A DNA stretch of 63,627 nucleotides, the filler included, from an uncultured Myxococcia bacterium (GTDB lineage: Bacteria; CAZTWC01): the NCBI GenBank assembly GCA_964617105.1. It is 3 parts of 3 records of this genome, joined end to end, with 100 filler letters (N's around TTAATTAATTAA, not from the genome) between each part and the next. Parts side by side here need not be neighbours in the genome. Positions count along the whole stretch, not along the records: positions 24,605 to 48,980 come from CAZTWC010000021.1; positions 49,081 to 63,627 come from CAZTWC010000069.1; 1 more part is not named here. One strand, given 5' to 3'. Below the pieces are notes generated by a model. That model was not told the DNA's origin. It worked only from the letters and a program-made list of their open reading frames with translations, and did not search any database. Of the stretch, positions 43,253-52,799 are shown piece after piece (position 1 is the first letter of the stretch; each line of letters opens with the position of its first letter). Made by a program: the position numbers and the translations under genes.

Positions 43253-43911
43253 TCAACCAATTATGCTTTTTATCTTTTTTACCCGTGCTCCAATTTTTCC
43301 TTTCTTGGTGAGGTAAGAACCGATTACCAGGGTATCGGCCCCTTTTTCCACTACTCTAGCACAGTTATTGTCTTTGATGCCGCCATCTACCTCCAGCCGG
43401 ATTTTCGTCTCTTTATACCTATCCAGCATTTTTCTCACTTGAAAGATTTTATTTTCCATGGTTCCAATAAATTTTTGGCCGCCAAAACCAGGGTTCACCG
43501 TCATCAGCAAAACCATATCCAGGCAATCCAGCAGAAAAGGCAGTCCCTCGATAGAAGTGGAGGGATTGAAGGCAATTGCCGATTTGCAGCCCAACTCCCG
43601 AATTCGGTTCAAACTTCGGTGGATATGTGGGTCTACTTCTGGGTGGATGGAGATATAGTCGGCGCCCGCTCGGGCGAAATCTTCCAGATAGGCGGCGGGG
43701 TCGGCGATCATCAAATGAACAGGCTGGTAAAATTGCGGATACTCTCCACTACTTTTGGCCCGATAGTGATGTTGGGGACAAAATGGCCGTCCATCACATC
43801 CAAATGGATCATTTGAACTCCCTCATTTTCCAGATGCTTGATAGTATCAGCCAGGCACAAAAAATCGGCGGACAGAATGGAGGCAGAGATTATCACCTGA
43901 TTCATGGGCAT
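43253..43911 (-). pseudogene. rpe: Ribulose-phosphate 3-epimerase, frameshifted near 43720
   Basis: 5' ORF has SILSADF and HLDVMDGHFVPN; another frame continues VHLMI..MTVNPGFGGQKF..EVDGG. Confidence 0.85.
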
Positions 43912-44010
43912 TTCCTTTCGCAGTTTCTTTGCATATAAGCAGTGAAAAAATCATTGCTGGTTTCGATTTCGTTAAGTATTGAGGCCGCCAGGCTTCGCGG
44001 TTTAAGGGCT

Positions 44011-44958
44011 TTATTCTTGTCCAAGATTATCACCAGCTGAGATTTTATGTCCCCTGAGGAAATCATTAGCCTTCATCATCTTTTTTCCAGGCGCCTGTAT
44101 TTCCTCAATACAGATCATCCCATTCATCCCTTTCATACCTGGGCCGCAGCCCACCAGGATTTCTCCGCTGGCAGTGAGATGCACCTGGCCTGGAATACCA
44201 TCTCCGGGTTCAATTCTGACTTTCCCTATTTTAAGTCGTTTACCCTGGTGGAGAGTAAAACTACCAGGCCAGGGATGGAGCCCCCGGATTTGGTTGTAGA
44301 TCTCTTTTGCCGTCTTATCCCAAATGATGTACCCGTCCTCTTTTTTTAACATCGGGGCCATAGTGGCCAATTGATGTTCCTGAGGGGTGGTGGTTATCTC
44401 CCCTTTTTCTATTAGGTCCAGGCATTTCACCAACAAATCAGAGCCCAAAACCGCCAGGCGATCATGCAGTTGGCCCGCAGTTTCCTCCGGACCGATGGCG
44501 GTTTTTTTACTCAGATACATATCTCCGCTGTCCAATCCCTTTTCGATTTGCATAATGGTGACTCCAGTCTCTTTTTCACCATTGACAATGGCCCAGTTTA
44601 TCGGGGCCGCTCCGCGGTAGGCTGGCAAAAGCGAGGCGTGCAGGTTGATGGTTCCTTTGGCCGGTAGTTCGAAAAGGGAGCGTTTCAATATTTTACCATA
44701 AGCCACTACTACAATTATATCCGGTTCCATCTCTCTGATTTTCTGCAGGAAAGCCCGGTTTTTGGGGCTTTTAGGCTGCATAGTTTCAATTCCCAACTCC
44801 AGGGCCTCTTTTTTCACCGCCGGAGGAGTCAACGTCCGACCTCTTCCAGCTGGTTTGTCCGGCTGGGTAACCACTGCCATAACCTGGTGTTTGCTTTGGC
44901 AGATGGCTTTTAAAGAGGTCACTGCAAAAAGGGGGCTTCCCATAAAAACTAATCTCAT
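44011..44958 (-). CDS. fmt: Methionyl-tRNA formyltransferase
   Basis: FMGSP, VTQPDKPAGRG, NLHASLLPAYRGAAPI, LDSGD. Confidence 0.96.
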   Translation of the reverse strand: MRLVFMGSPLFAVTSLKAICQSKHQVMAVVTQPDKPAGRGRTLTPPAVKKEALELGIETMQPKSPKNRAFLQKIREMEPDIIVVVAYGKILKRSLFELPAKGTINLHASLLPAYRGAAPINWAIVNGEKETGVTIMQIEKGLDSGDMYLSKKTAIGPEETAGQLHDRLAVLGSDLLVKCLDLIEKGEITTTPQEHQLATMAPMLKKEDGYIIWDKTAKEIYNQIRGLHPWPGSFTLHQGKRLKIGKVRIEPGDGIPGQVHLTASGEILVGCGPGMKGMNGMICIEEIQAPGKKMMKANDFLRGHKISAGDNLGQE

Positions 44959-45038
44959 TTTTATACCTTATATTAAATTAGACAGGATAAATTGGATAAT
45001 TAATATCCGGTTCCATCTCGTTAATCCTGTTAAAATTA

Positions 45039-47504
45039 TTATTTTATTTTCACCACGGTTACTCCGTCTCCACCTTCTTCTCTTTGGCCGGCCCTAAAAG
45101 ATTCTACGTAACGGGACTCTTTTAGCATCTCTCTAATTCCGTTTTTTAAGGCGCCGCTGCCGTGTCCGTGTATGATATAGATCATATCCATACCATTCAA
45201 AAGCGATTTGTCCAGATAATCGATAACCGCTTCTTTGGCTTCATCTAATCTCAATCCCCTGATATCCAGAGAGGTTTGGCTGGTTTGTATGGTTACTTCC
45301 GACCTACTTTTTGGGGAAATCTGGGCAACTGGTGTTGTCTTTAGGCCGGTTTTAACTGCCTGGTTGGTGCCCCTGGGACTGGCGGCAATCTCTTGGGCGT
45401 TAACCTTCATTTTGATTTCTCCAACCAGGATGGTCACTTTTTCCCGGATCAGATCGATCTCCAGCACTTCGCCCTCTCTCTTTAAGGATGGTAAATAGAT
45501 TGATTGGCCAGGTATAAGGCCTTTAATTTCAATGGCTTTAAAAGGTGGTTTTTGCCGGGCTATTTTGTTTTTTATTTTGCGGCCGCGGCGGGATAGTTCC
45601 TCCTCGGTGCGGATCAATACTTTTCGGGCCGGCCTTTTGTTTTGTTTTAGGTCGATTAAAATGGTGCTTATTTCGCGCCTTTCGTGTTCGATCTCTTGCA
45701 GTAATTCTTGCTGTTTCCCGGCTACAAAGGCTTTTTCCCGGGCATTTTGCCGGTCTATTTTTTCTCGAAGGATATTGCTATCTCTTTCAACCTGGGCCAC
45801 TAACTTCTGGTATTTTTTTTTCTGATTCTCATGTTGAGCACAAATATCGGTTAACTCCACCAGGATCTTTTCCAGCCGGGCTCCCTCTTGATGAATATAA
45901 TTTCTGGCTCTGGCGATTATACGATCCTCCAGTCCCAATCGACCGGCAATTGCCAGGGCTCTGGATGATCCGGGAATTCCCGGGGTTATCTTAAAAGTAG
46001 GGGATAAATCGGCCAGGGAAAAACCAACCGCCAGGTTGTAATAACGCTCATCTTGGAGAGAGAGAACTTTAAGTTGTTGATAGTGAGTGGACACAAAGGT
46101 GAAGATATTGCGTTGGCAGAGATCTTCTAAAATACTTCTGGCCAGCGCCGCCCCCTGGTCAGGATCAGTATCTGACACTAGTTCATCGACCAGGACCAGG
46201 CTGCCAGAATTCGCCTCCTGCAGCAAGTTTTGGACAGCCAGTAAGTGGCCTGAAAATGAGGAGAGTCCCCGCTGTAAATCCTGATCATCTCCAAAAGCGG
46301 TAAAAATGCCGTTAAAAATGGGAAGAGATGAACCTGTCTCTGTAGTAATGGGCATTCCGGCTTGCATCATCAATAAGCAGAGCCCTAGCCCTTTGAGAGA
46401 AACGGTTTTGCCTCCGGTGTTGGGCCCACTGATTATCACCGTCTTTTTGCCGGCAGGGATGATAATATGGTTAGCCACCACCTCTTGAGACTGAGGGGAT
46501 GTGGTGGCCTGGGTTGCCGAAGAGTTATCGGGTGAAAAAGTTTTTGGCTGTAACTTCTTTAGCACCAACAGAGGGTGTCTCATACTTTTCAGGCAGATAG
46601 CCCCATCCCGGTTTATGGCAGCAAGAGTTGAATCCATTTGAGTAGCCAGACGGGCCTGGGCCAATAGCAGGTCCACCTGCCCAATTTGATCTAGCAGGTG
46701 TAATAGATCAATTAAGGACTGGCTGGCCCGCTTGGACAGTCCGGTTAAAATGGAATTTTCCTCTTCCTTAACCCGGGATTGAGCAATTTTTAACTGGTTT
46801 CCCACTTCTACCATGGTGGCAGGTTCTAAAAAAAGTGTTTGACCGCTTTGAGAAGTGTCATGAACTATACCGTCTATTTTGCTTTTACAATCGGTACGCA
46901 CAGGCAGGACGTAGCGGCTGTTGCGGATGGTATAGTAGTTATCCATCAACGAATCGGCCTGGTTGCCTTTGAGCATTTTTTCCATTTTGGTTTGGATAGA
47001 TTCCTGCAGTTGGCGCATTTTTACCCGAAGTTGGGCCAGATCAAAGGATGCATTGTCAGAGATAGTTCCAGTTTCATCAAAGCAGGCCTTGATATGGGAG
47101 AGTAGGTCTGGCAGGTGATCGATTTTAGAGGTATCTTGCCAGAGTAGAGGCGCTATCTGGCAATGTTTTCTGAAATATTGTTTAATGGCCAATGCCCATT
47201 GGAGATGTTCAGCCAGGGACAGCATCTCTTCTCCGGGCAGGATGGCATTTTTTGAAAGCAAAGAAAGGGTAGGGCGCAAATCGTTAAGATGCCCCAGTTG
47301 CAGGAGTTGATCTTCTGATGCCAACTCCTGCAACTCTTTTATCCGCGCTTGCCGGGACAAAATATTTTCTGCATCGATAAAAAAGGAAATTTGACCGCAG
47401 AGTTTTTTGCCATAAGTAGTTGCAGTCAAGCCAGCCAGGATATCGCACAGATCAAACCAACCTAAATCGCGGAGTGACTTGTGAGAAACAGTAAAAGTAG
47501 ACAT
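45039..47504 (-). CDS. mutS2: Endonuclease MutS2 with Smr domain
   Basis: HDTSQSGQT, ISGPNTGGKT, LSSFSGH, DE, STH; Smr domain LDIRG..IIHGHGSG..EGGDG. Confidence 0.95.
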   Translation of the reverse strand: MSTFTVSHKSLRDLGWFDLCDILAGLTATTYGKKLCGQISFFIDAENILSRQARIKELQELASEDQLLQLGHLNDLRPTLSLLSKNAILPGEEMLSLAEHLQWALAIKQYFRKHCQIAPLLWQDTSKIDHLPDLLSHIKACFDETGTISDNASFDLAQLRVKMRQLQESIQTKMEKMLKGNQADSLMDNYYTIRNSRYVLPVRTDCKSKIDGIVHDTSQSGQTLFLEPATMVEVGNQLKIAQSRVKEEENSILTGLSKRASQSLIDLLHLLDQIGQVDLLLAQARLATQMDSTLAAINRDGAICLKSMRHPLLVLKKLQPKTFSPDNSSATQATTSPQSQEVVANHIIIPAGKKTVIISGPNTGGKTVSLKGLGLCLLMMQAGMPITTETGSSLPIFNGIFTAFGDDQDLQRGLSSFSGHLLAVQNLLQEANSGSLVLVDELVSDTDPDQGAALARSILEDLCQRNIFTFVSTHYQQLKVLSLQDERYYNLAVGFSLADLSPTFKITPGIPGSSRALAIAGRLGLEDRIIARARNYIHQEGARLEKILVELTDICAQHENQKKKYQKLVAQVERDSNILREKIDRQNAREKAFVAGKQQELLQEIEHERREISTILIDLKQNKRPARKVLIRTEEELSRRGRKIKNKIARQKPPFKAIEIKGLIPGQSIYLPSLKREGEVLEIDLIREKVTILVGEIKMKVNAQEIAASPRGTNQAVKTGLKTTPVAQISPKSRSEVTIQTSQTSLDIRGLRLDEAKEAVIDYLDKSLLNGMDMIYIIHGHGSGALKNGIREMLKESRYVESFRAGQREEGGDGVTVVKIK

Positions 47505-47506
47505 TC

Positions 47507-47532
47507 CCTGACTCCTGACTCCTGACTCCTGA
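47507..47532 (-). repeat. 7-bp tandem repeat (TCAGGAG x3.7) forming the mutS2 RBS region
   Basis: Plus strand CCTGACT CCTGACT CCTGACT CCTGA, ending 2 nt before the ATG. Confidence 0.85.
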
Positions 47533-47552
47533 TAGATGATCCTGGTCAGTAT

Positions 47553-48224
47553 CTATTTCCAGGTCAGTCCGCTGCTGATAATTTCGGCTCCCTTTTCAGC
47601 ATCGATTTTCTCGGTATTGATCAGCAAATCATAGTTAATAGGATCAGCGATATCTTTTTGGAAATAGCGATCCACGAATTCAAAGCGATTATTTTCCACC
47701 ATTTCCATCTGGTTTTTGGCTTCATCCTCCGAAACCCCGTATTTTTCGATAACATTTTTGATTCTACTATCCAGAGGCGCAACAATTCTTACCCGGAACA
47801 GTTTTGGACCGGAGAGGATAAAGTTTGAACCCCTTCCCAGGATGACAGCATTTCCCACCTTGCCAAGAGCGGTTATCATCTTTACCAGGTGTTCTGAATA
47901 TTCATCGGAAGTGAAGTGGTATTTGACTTCCAGCATAGAAAACAGGTCATTGATAAAGGAGCGGGGTTGTTCGTCAAAGGTTTTTACCACCACTGAACGC
48001 ACATCTGCATCCTTGGCAACCTGATCGATAATGATTCCGGAGATAAAGTCAAATCCCAGTTTTTTGGCCAGCAATGAAGCAATTTTTCGTCCTTTGCTGC
48101 CGGGCTGTCTGGAGATAGTGACCACCGGGCGCTCTTCTTCGGTTTCCAACTTTTTGACAGCAACCTGCCACTTTTGGCACTGTTCTTCTACCAGTGCTTG
48201 TAGTGAACGGCTTCTCTTTTTCAT
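47553..48224 (-). CDS. Cytidylate kinase-like family protein
   Basis: VVTISRQPGSKG..IA..LAKKLG; VILGRGSNFIL; YDLLINT. Confidence 0.85.
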   Translation of the reverse strand: MKKRSRSLQALVEEQCQKWQVAVKKLETEEERPVVTISRQPGSKGRKIASLLAKKLGFDFISGIIIDQVAKDADVRSVVVKTFDEQPRSFINDLFSMLEVKYHFTSDEYSEHLVKMITALGKVGNAVILGRGSNFILSGPKLFRVRIVAPLDSRIKNVIEKYGVSEDEAKNQMEMVENNRFEFVDRYFQKDIADPINYDLLINTEKIDAEKGAEIISSGLTWK

Positions 48225-48255
48225 AAAGACTCCTCCTGATTTTGAAAATGAATAT

Positions 48256-48980
48256 TTATTCTGATTTTTGGTAAATCACATCATTGGCCAGGGGTAAAGT
48301 TTTAAAAGGCGCCTGGACATTGAGTAAGTTCTCGGAATGACCCAACAGCAGGTAACCACCCTGGTAAAGTTTATGATAAAAAAGTTCAATCACTTTATTT
48401 TTAACCTTTTGGTCAAAGTAGATGAGCACGTTGCGGCATACGATTAGATCCTTGGATTTAATTTGCCGGCATTTCGGGTCCAGAAGGTTCATTTGTCCAA
48501 AAAGCACCATCTCTTTAATATCTTTATTGATTATAAAGGTGTCTTGGCCCGATTTTTTAAAATATTTATTGAGCCGGTAATGGTCGGTGTTTCTAAAAGA
48601 GTTGGTATGATAGATCCCTCTGCGGGCGGTTTCCAATACTTTTTTACTGATATCGCTACCGAAAATTTCAATATTCCAGTCACCAAAGGGTAATTTTGAT
48701 TCTTTGATCAAAATTGCCAGGGTATACGGCTCTTCCCCGGAAGAACAGCCTGCCGACCATATACGCAAATTTTTTTTGGTATGGTTTTGTCGGAATAATT
48801 GCGGTAGAATATGGCGGGAAAAGGTTGCCAACTGGTAGTCGGTTCGGAAAAAGTAGGTTTCGTTATTAGTTATTAAATCCACGATGGCGTCTAGTTCGTT
48901 GGAGACCCTTTGATTATTGTTCAGATATGAACAGTATTGGGAAAAATCCCGCAACTTTTTCTTCTGGAGCCGCTGATTTA
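48256..48980 (-). CDS. cheR: Chemotaxis methyltransferase CheR (5' truncated at contig end)
   Basis: TNNETYFFR, RIWSAGCSSGEEPY, CRNVLIYF, LLLGHSE. Confidence 0.93.
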
Positions 48981-49080
48981 NNNNNNNNNNNNNNNNNNNN
49001 NNNNNNNNNNNNNNNNNNNNNNNNTTAATTAATTAANNNNNNNNNNNNNNNNNNNNNNNNNNNNNNNNNNNNNNNNNNNN
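48981..49080. other. Artificial contig-joining spacer
   Basis: N44-TTAATTAATTAA-N44. Confidence 0.97.
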
Positions 49081-49081
49081 T

Positions 49082-49981
49082 TTTCTGTATGTAGAGCGAA
49101 TCCTTTTATCAAGTTCTTTTTTTGATGGGAATTTTCCTTCGGACTTATCTATCAACCATTTTTTATGTCCTTCGCAGTCCTCTTGGGAGCCTTTTTTTCT
49201 ATTATTAATCCTGTTTGCTTTGATTGCTTTCTTCACTTTATGGCATCAGAGGAAATATGGGTGGACCTGGGGCAAAATCGGCTTAATGGTTCTGCTGGCT
49301 CTACACCTGGGACTACTTTTTTTGGGGAATTCATTACAGACGGTTTTGGTGGCTTTTCTTAAAAAGGAGGACGGTATTTTTGAAACTATTGGCGCTGGCA
49401 GCCTGCTTTTGACAGCAGTTGTGGCCATTTACCTGTTTTTTAAGATAACCATAAGATGGCGGTGGGGTTTTCTTTTTATAGGGGTCTTATTTTTATTGGG
49501 ATTTTTAGAGGAAATTAGTTGGGGATTTAGATGGTTCTCCATAGATATGAACTGGTTAATAAATCAGGAAATATTATACAATATTGTTGTAAGCGCCTTT
49601 GAGAGAGATCTCACCGGTGAGTTCAATTTTCACAACCTTCCCATAGTTGAAGATACTGAAGTGGAATCGATTTTTTGGCTCCTAAATTTTTTGGGTGGTT
49701 TTTTAGTGCTTAATATCTTGATTTACAAAAGAATAAAGATTCCGCTGGTTCAGAATTTGCTTGATTCTATTTTTCACAACCAGGTGTTATCCCTCTGGAG
49801 TCTTGGTATATTCTTATGTTCCAGCGGTTATTATCTGCGTGGTCCAATGGTTGAACCCAAAGTACGCTGGTTAATTTATCAGGAGTACTTTGAGGAGTTG
49901 GCAGAACTATTTTTCTCAGTCTATATTTTAATTCTTTTTCTATATATAGGTTGCTTTTGGTTAAAAAAAGTGCGCCAATAG
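49082..49981 (+). CDS. Multi-TM hypothetical membrane protein (5' partial)
   Basis: Frame is open from the contig start; KEDGIFE, EEISWG and NFHN motifs. Confidence 0.7.
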   Translation, partial: FLYVERILLSSSFFDGNFPSDLSINHFLCPSQSSWEPFFLLLILFALIAFFTLWHQRKYGWTWGKIGLMVLLALHLGLLFLGNSLQTVLVAFLKKEDGIFETIGAGSLLLTAVVAIYLFFKITIRWRWGFLFIGVLFLLGFLEEISWGFRWFSIDMNWLINQEILYNIVVSAFERDLTGEFNFHNLPIVEDTEVESIFWLLNFLGGFLVLNILIYKRIKIPLVQNLLDSIFHNQVLSLWSLGIFLCSSGYYLRGPMVEPKVRWLIYQEYFEELAELFFSVYILILFLYIGCFWLKKVRQ

Positions 49982-50033
49982 CCAGAGGGGATCATTCGAT
50001 CTCAGTTGGTACTCCGGATGGAAGGTAATAACG

Positions 50034-50450
50034 TTGTTTGATACCAGAAACAAATTAACTGAAGATTCGCCGTTGCCGCCGGATGGATGTACCGCCCTGG
50101 GAAGACACTTGACCATTGAGTATTATCGATGTACTTCAAAAGTCCTCTTAAATGAAGTCCTGGTTGAAAAGGCGTTGTTAAAAGCCGCTAATGAGAGTGG
50201 CGCCACTATTATCAACTCCTCCTTTCATAACTTTAATCCTCCGGGCGTAAGTGGAGTTGTTCTGATTGCCGAGTCCCATTTTACGGTGCATACCTGGCCC
50301 AAATACCATTATGCCGCCGTAGATATTTTCACTTGCGGAGAGAGCATAGACCTGGAAAAAGCCATAGATTCCATGAAGAGATCATTTGAATCGGATAATG
50401 TCTTCATTTCTTCTGATCAAAACCGGGGGATTATTACTAAGGGCGCTTAA
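50034..50450 (+). CDS. speD: S-adenosylmethionine decarboxylase proenzyme
   Basis: LGRHL, GVSGVVLIAESHFTVHTWP, AAVDIFTCG. Confidence 0.9.
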   Translation: MFDTRNKLTEDSPLPPDGCTALGRHLTIEYYRCTSKVLLNEVLVEKALLKAANESGATIINSSFHNFNPPGVSGVVLIAESHFTVHTWPKYHYAAVDIFTCGESIDLEKAIDSMKRSFESDNVFISSDQNRGIITKGA

Positions 50451-50493
50451 TTTGTGTACCTCGTTCACTGTGAGAGTGCAGGCGCCGAACTCC

Positions 50494-51027
50494 TCAACTG
50501 TTTTTTACTGCCTGGGAAAAAGGTGCATAGGCCCGCTGGTATTGGCGGGTATCCCGGAGGAAAGCCTTGGCAGGAGCCACATTTTCCGGATCAAAGGGAT
50601 CGAGCCGGGACAACTCGGTTTTGATGGCTCGGTGCAGCCGCCAGGCCATATCTCTGGCCGGCCCGAAAAGGGAAGATGAACAGGTTACGTCCATGAACAG
50701 GTGTCCCTCACCTTTACCCTTTTCCACCAGAGGGGTAATAGTCAGGGCCTGCTTCAGCAACTCCCGCATTCCCAGGGCGTAGAGCCCGTGGTTGGGAGGC
50801 AGCACTATCGCTCCCGGACAACGGTGGTGGGCCCGGGAAAGGAGCATCCCTTTGCGCACTCCTTCTTTGAAGGCCTCGTTGCTCATATCAAACACCAGAG
50901 CCCGGGCGATTCCAGCCGGCGCCACCACCACAGGCCGGCGTTTGAGAGAGGGGTCTTCGGCCTGCTCCATGGCCACTGCGAAGTGGGCGGCATTGATATG
51001 AATAATACGGCGATTTTGGATAAACAT
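50494..51027 (-). pseudogene. Truncated Y-family polymerase homologue (ImuB/DinB-like N-terminal fragment)
   Basis: RIIHIN..FAVAME..PSLKRRPVVV..GVRKGM..CP..TPLVE..GHLFMDVT; catalytic acidic residues absent; ends after ~175 aa. Confidence 0.7.
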
Positions 51028-51253
51028 GCTAATATCAGGCTGAAAAATTAAAGTTCGCTCCAAGATAGTATATTTACTACCCATCTTTAAGTTAGCACAC
51101 AAATGAGTGGTTTGCAGGTGAAGGTTGGAATTCTTGAGCTGTCATCCCCAGAAATTGGTTGAATGAATTATCATATAGTGGCAAGATATGTTCTTAATTT
51201 GTAGAATAAGGTTTAATCTTCTACGCCCGTTGCATACGGCCAGGAATCTAAAA

Positions 51254-52771
51254 ATGATAATTTATCGAGCAGTTATAATTTTGTTGATCCTGTTTTCATA
51301 TTCTTTCTATATATTTGCTCAGCCGGCAGAGGAATGGGATTTTAACGGCAAAGAGGATGAGTGGGTGGTAAAATTTATCTCCCAACCAGCCGGGGCAGTG
51401 GTGCTAAAGGATGGGGTGCTGTTATGCGCCAAGACTCCATGTTCAAGGCTGCTGACCAAAGGCAGGTGTGAAATATCCATGCAGGCGGAAGGGTATTTGG
51501 AACAGAGGAGGTCTATTTCAATTAGAAAGCATGAGATGATTTCCTGGAAACTGTTGCCCAATTTTGGCCTGCTGACAGTAAAGTCGGAGCCTGCCGGGAT
51601 CGATGTCAGTATAAATGGCGAAAATGTAGGACAAACACCACTTGTACGCAAGGAGATAGCGCCAGGAGGTTACCAGGTGTTGGCGACTTCACCTTGCTAT
51701 TACGATTCGGGTAAATTGGTGCGCATAAGTCGCGTTGGGGAGCATCAACAGGTTGAGTTTAAGTTAAACGAGCGTTACGGCGGAATCAAGGTAACGGCTG
51801 AGGATACTAAGGGCAACGCTTTAGAGGCCATGGCTTATGTGGATGGCAACTTTCTGGGTAATGTTCCCGGTAAATACAAGATATCGGTATGCGCAAGTGA
51901 TTTGGTGGTGAAAAGTTCCGGGTTTTTAAGTTTTCATACCAAGTTGGCCTTGCAGGAGAAGAAAGTAACCAGGATAACCGCCCGGTTTGATAAAATTGGC
52001 AAGCCCATGGAGTATATTTATTTCAAAGGAGGTTCTTTTTGGATGGGCAGCCGAACCTATGAAAAGGGGCGGGATTTAGATGAAACCAGACATCGGGTGA
52101 GATTAACCTACGGCTTTGATATGCTGCGTACCGAAGTTACTCAGGGGCAATACCTGGAGATTATGGGGTACAATAATTCTTATTTCTCCTTATGTGGTCA
52201 TGATTGTCCAGTGGAGAATGTCAGCTGGCATCAGGCGCTGCAGTTTTGCAATAAACTATCGCTCAGTAAGGGATATAAAGCCTGTTTTAATTGTTCTGAC
52301 AACAATAATAGCCAAATCATCTGTAAACTGAAAAAGAATTATAAAAAACCTCAAGATTGTCCGGGATTTCGTTTGCCCACCGAGGCGGAGTGGGAGTATG
52401 CCGCCAGGGCGGGTTCTAAGACCGCCTATTACTGTGGTAATAACAGCCGGTGTTTGGAAAAAATAGGCTGGTATTTTGGCAATTCAAAAAGCAGTACCCA
52501 CCGGGTAGGTCAGAAAAAGGCTAATGCCAGGGGTCTGTATGATATGAGCGGAAATGTATGGGAGTGGTGTTGGGACTGGTATTGGGACTATAGCCTCAAG
52601 GTGTTGGATCCAGTGGGACCGGCAGCAGGTTCTGGCAGGGTGGTAAGAGGAGGTAGTTGGCCAGGGATCGCCAAGTTTAGTCGATCTGCCAGCCGGGGCA
52701 AAGATTCGTCCGGGCGGCGTGGCGGTGCTTTGGGTTTTCGGGTGGTGAGGACAATTCCTACAAAACGCTAA
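51254..52771 (+). CDS. Exported PEGA-repeat protein with an FGE-sulfatase (SUMF1/C-type lectin fold) domain
   Basis: SQPAGA and SEPAG PEGA repeats; RLPTEAEWEYAARAG, GLYDMSGNVWEW, RGGSW..GFR. Confidence 0.9.
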   Translation: MIIYRAVIILLILFSYSFYIFAQPAEEWDFNGKEDEWVVKFISQPAGAVVLKDGVLLCAKTPCSRLLTKGRCEISMQAEGYLEQRRSISIRKHEMISWKLLPNFGLLTVKSEPAGIDVSINGENVGQTPLVRKEIAPGGYQVLATSPCYYDSGKLVRISRVGEHQQVEFKLNERYGGIKVTAEDTKGNALEAMAYVDGNFLGNVPGKYKISVCASDLVVKSSGFLSFHTKLALQEKKVTRITARFDKIGKPMEYIYFKGGSFWMGSRTYEKGRDLDETRHRVRLTYGFDMLRTEVTQGQYLEIMGYNNSYFSLCGHDCPVENVSWHQALQFCNKLSLSKGYKACFNCSDNNNSQIICKLKKNYKKPQDCPGFRLPTEAEWEYAARAGSKTAYYCGNNSRCLEKIGWYFGNSKSSTHRVGQKKANARGLYDMSGNVWEWCWDWYWDYSLKVLDPVGPAAGSGRVVRGGSWPGIAKFSRSASRGKDSSGRRGGALGFRVVRTIPTKR

Positions 52772-52799
52772 TTAATAAAGTTGACACCCGGCTTTGCCC

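Noticed and set aside
43711-43713. Selenocysteine read-through of the TGA in rpe
   Set aside because: The downstream conserved sequence is in a different frame
44978-45033. Imperfect GACAGGAT..ATCCTGT inverted repeat between mutS2 and fmt
   Set aside because: Single degenerate copy, too weak to call an element or terminator
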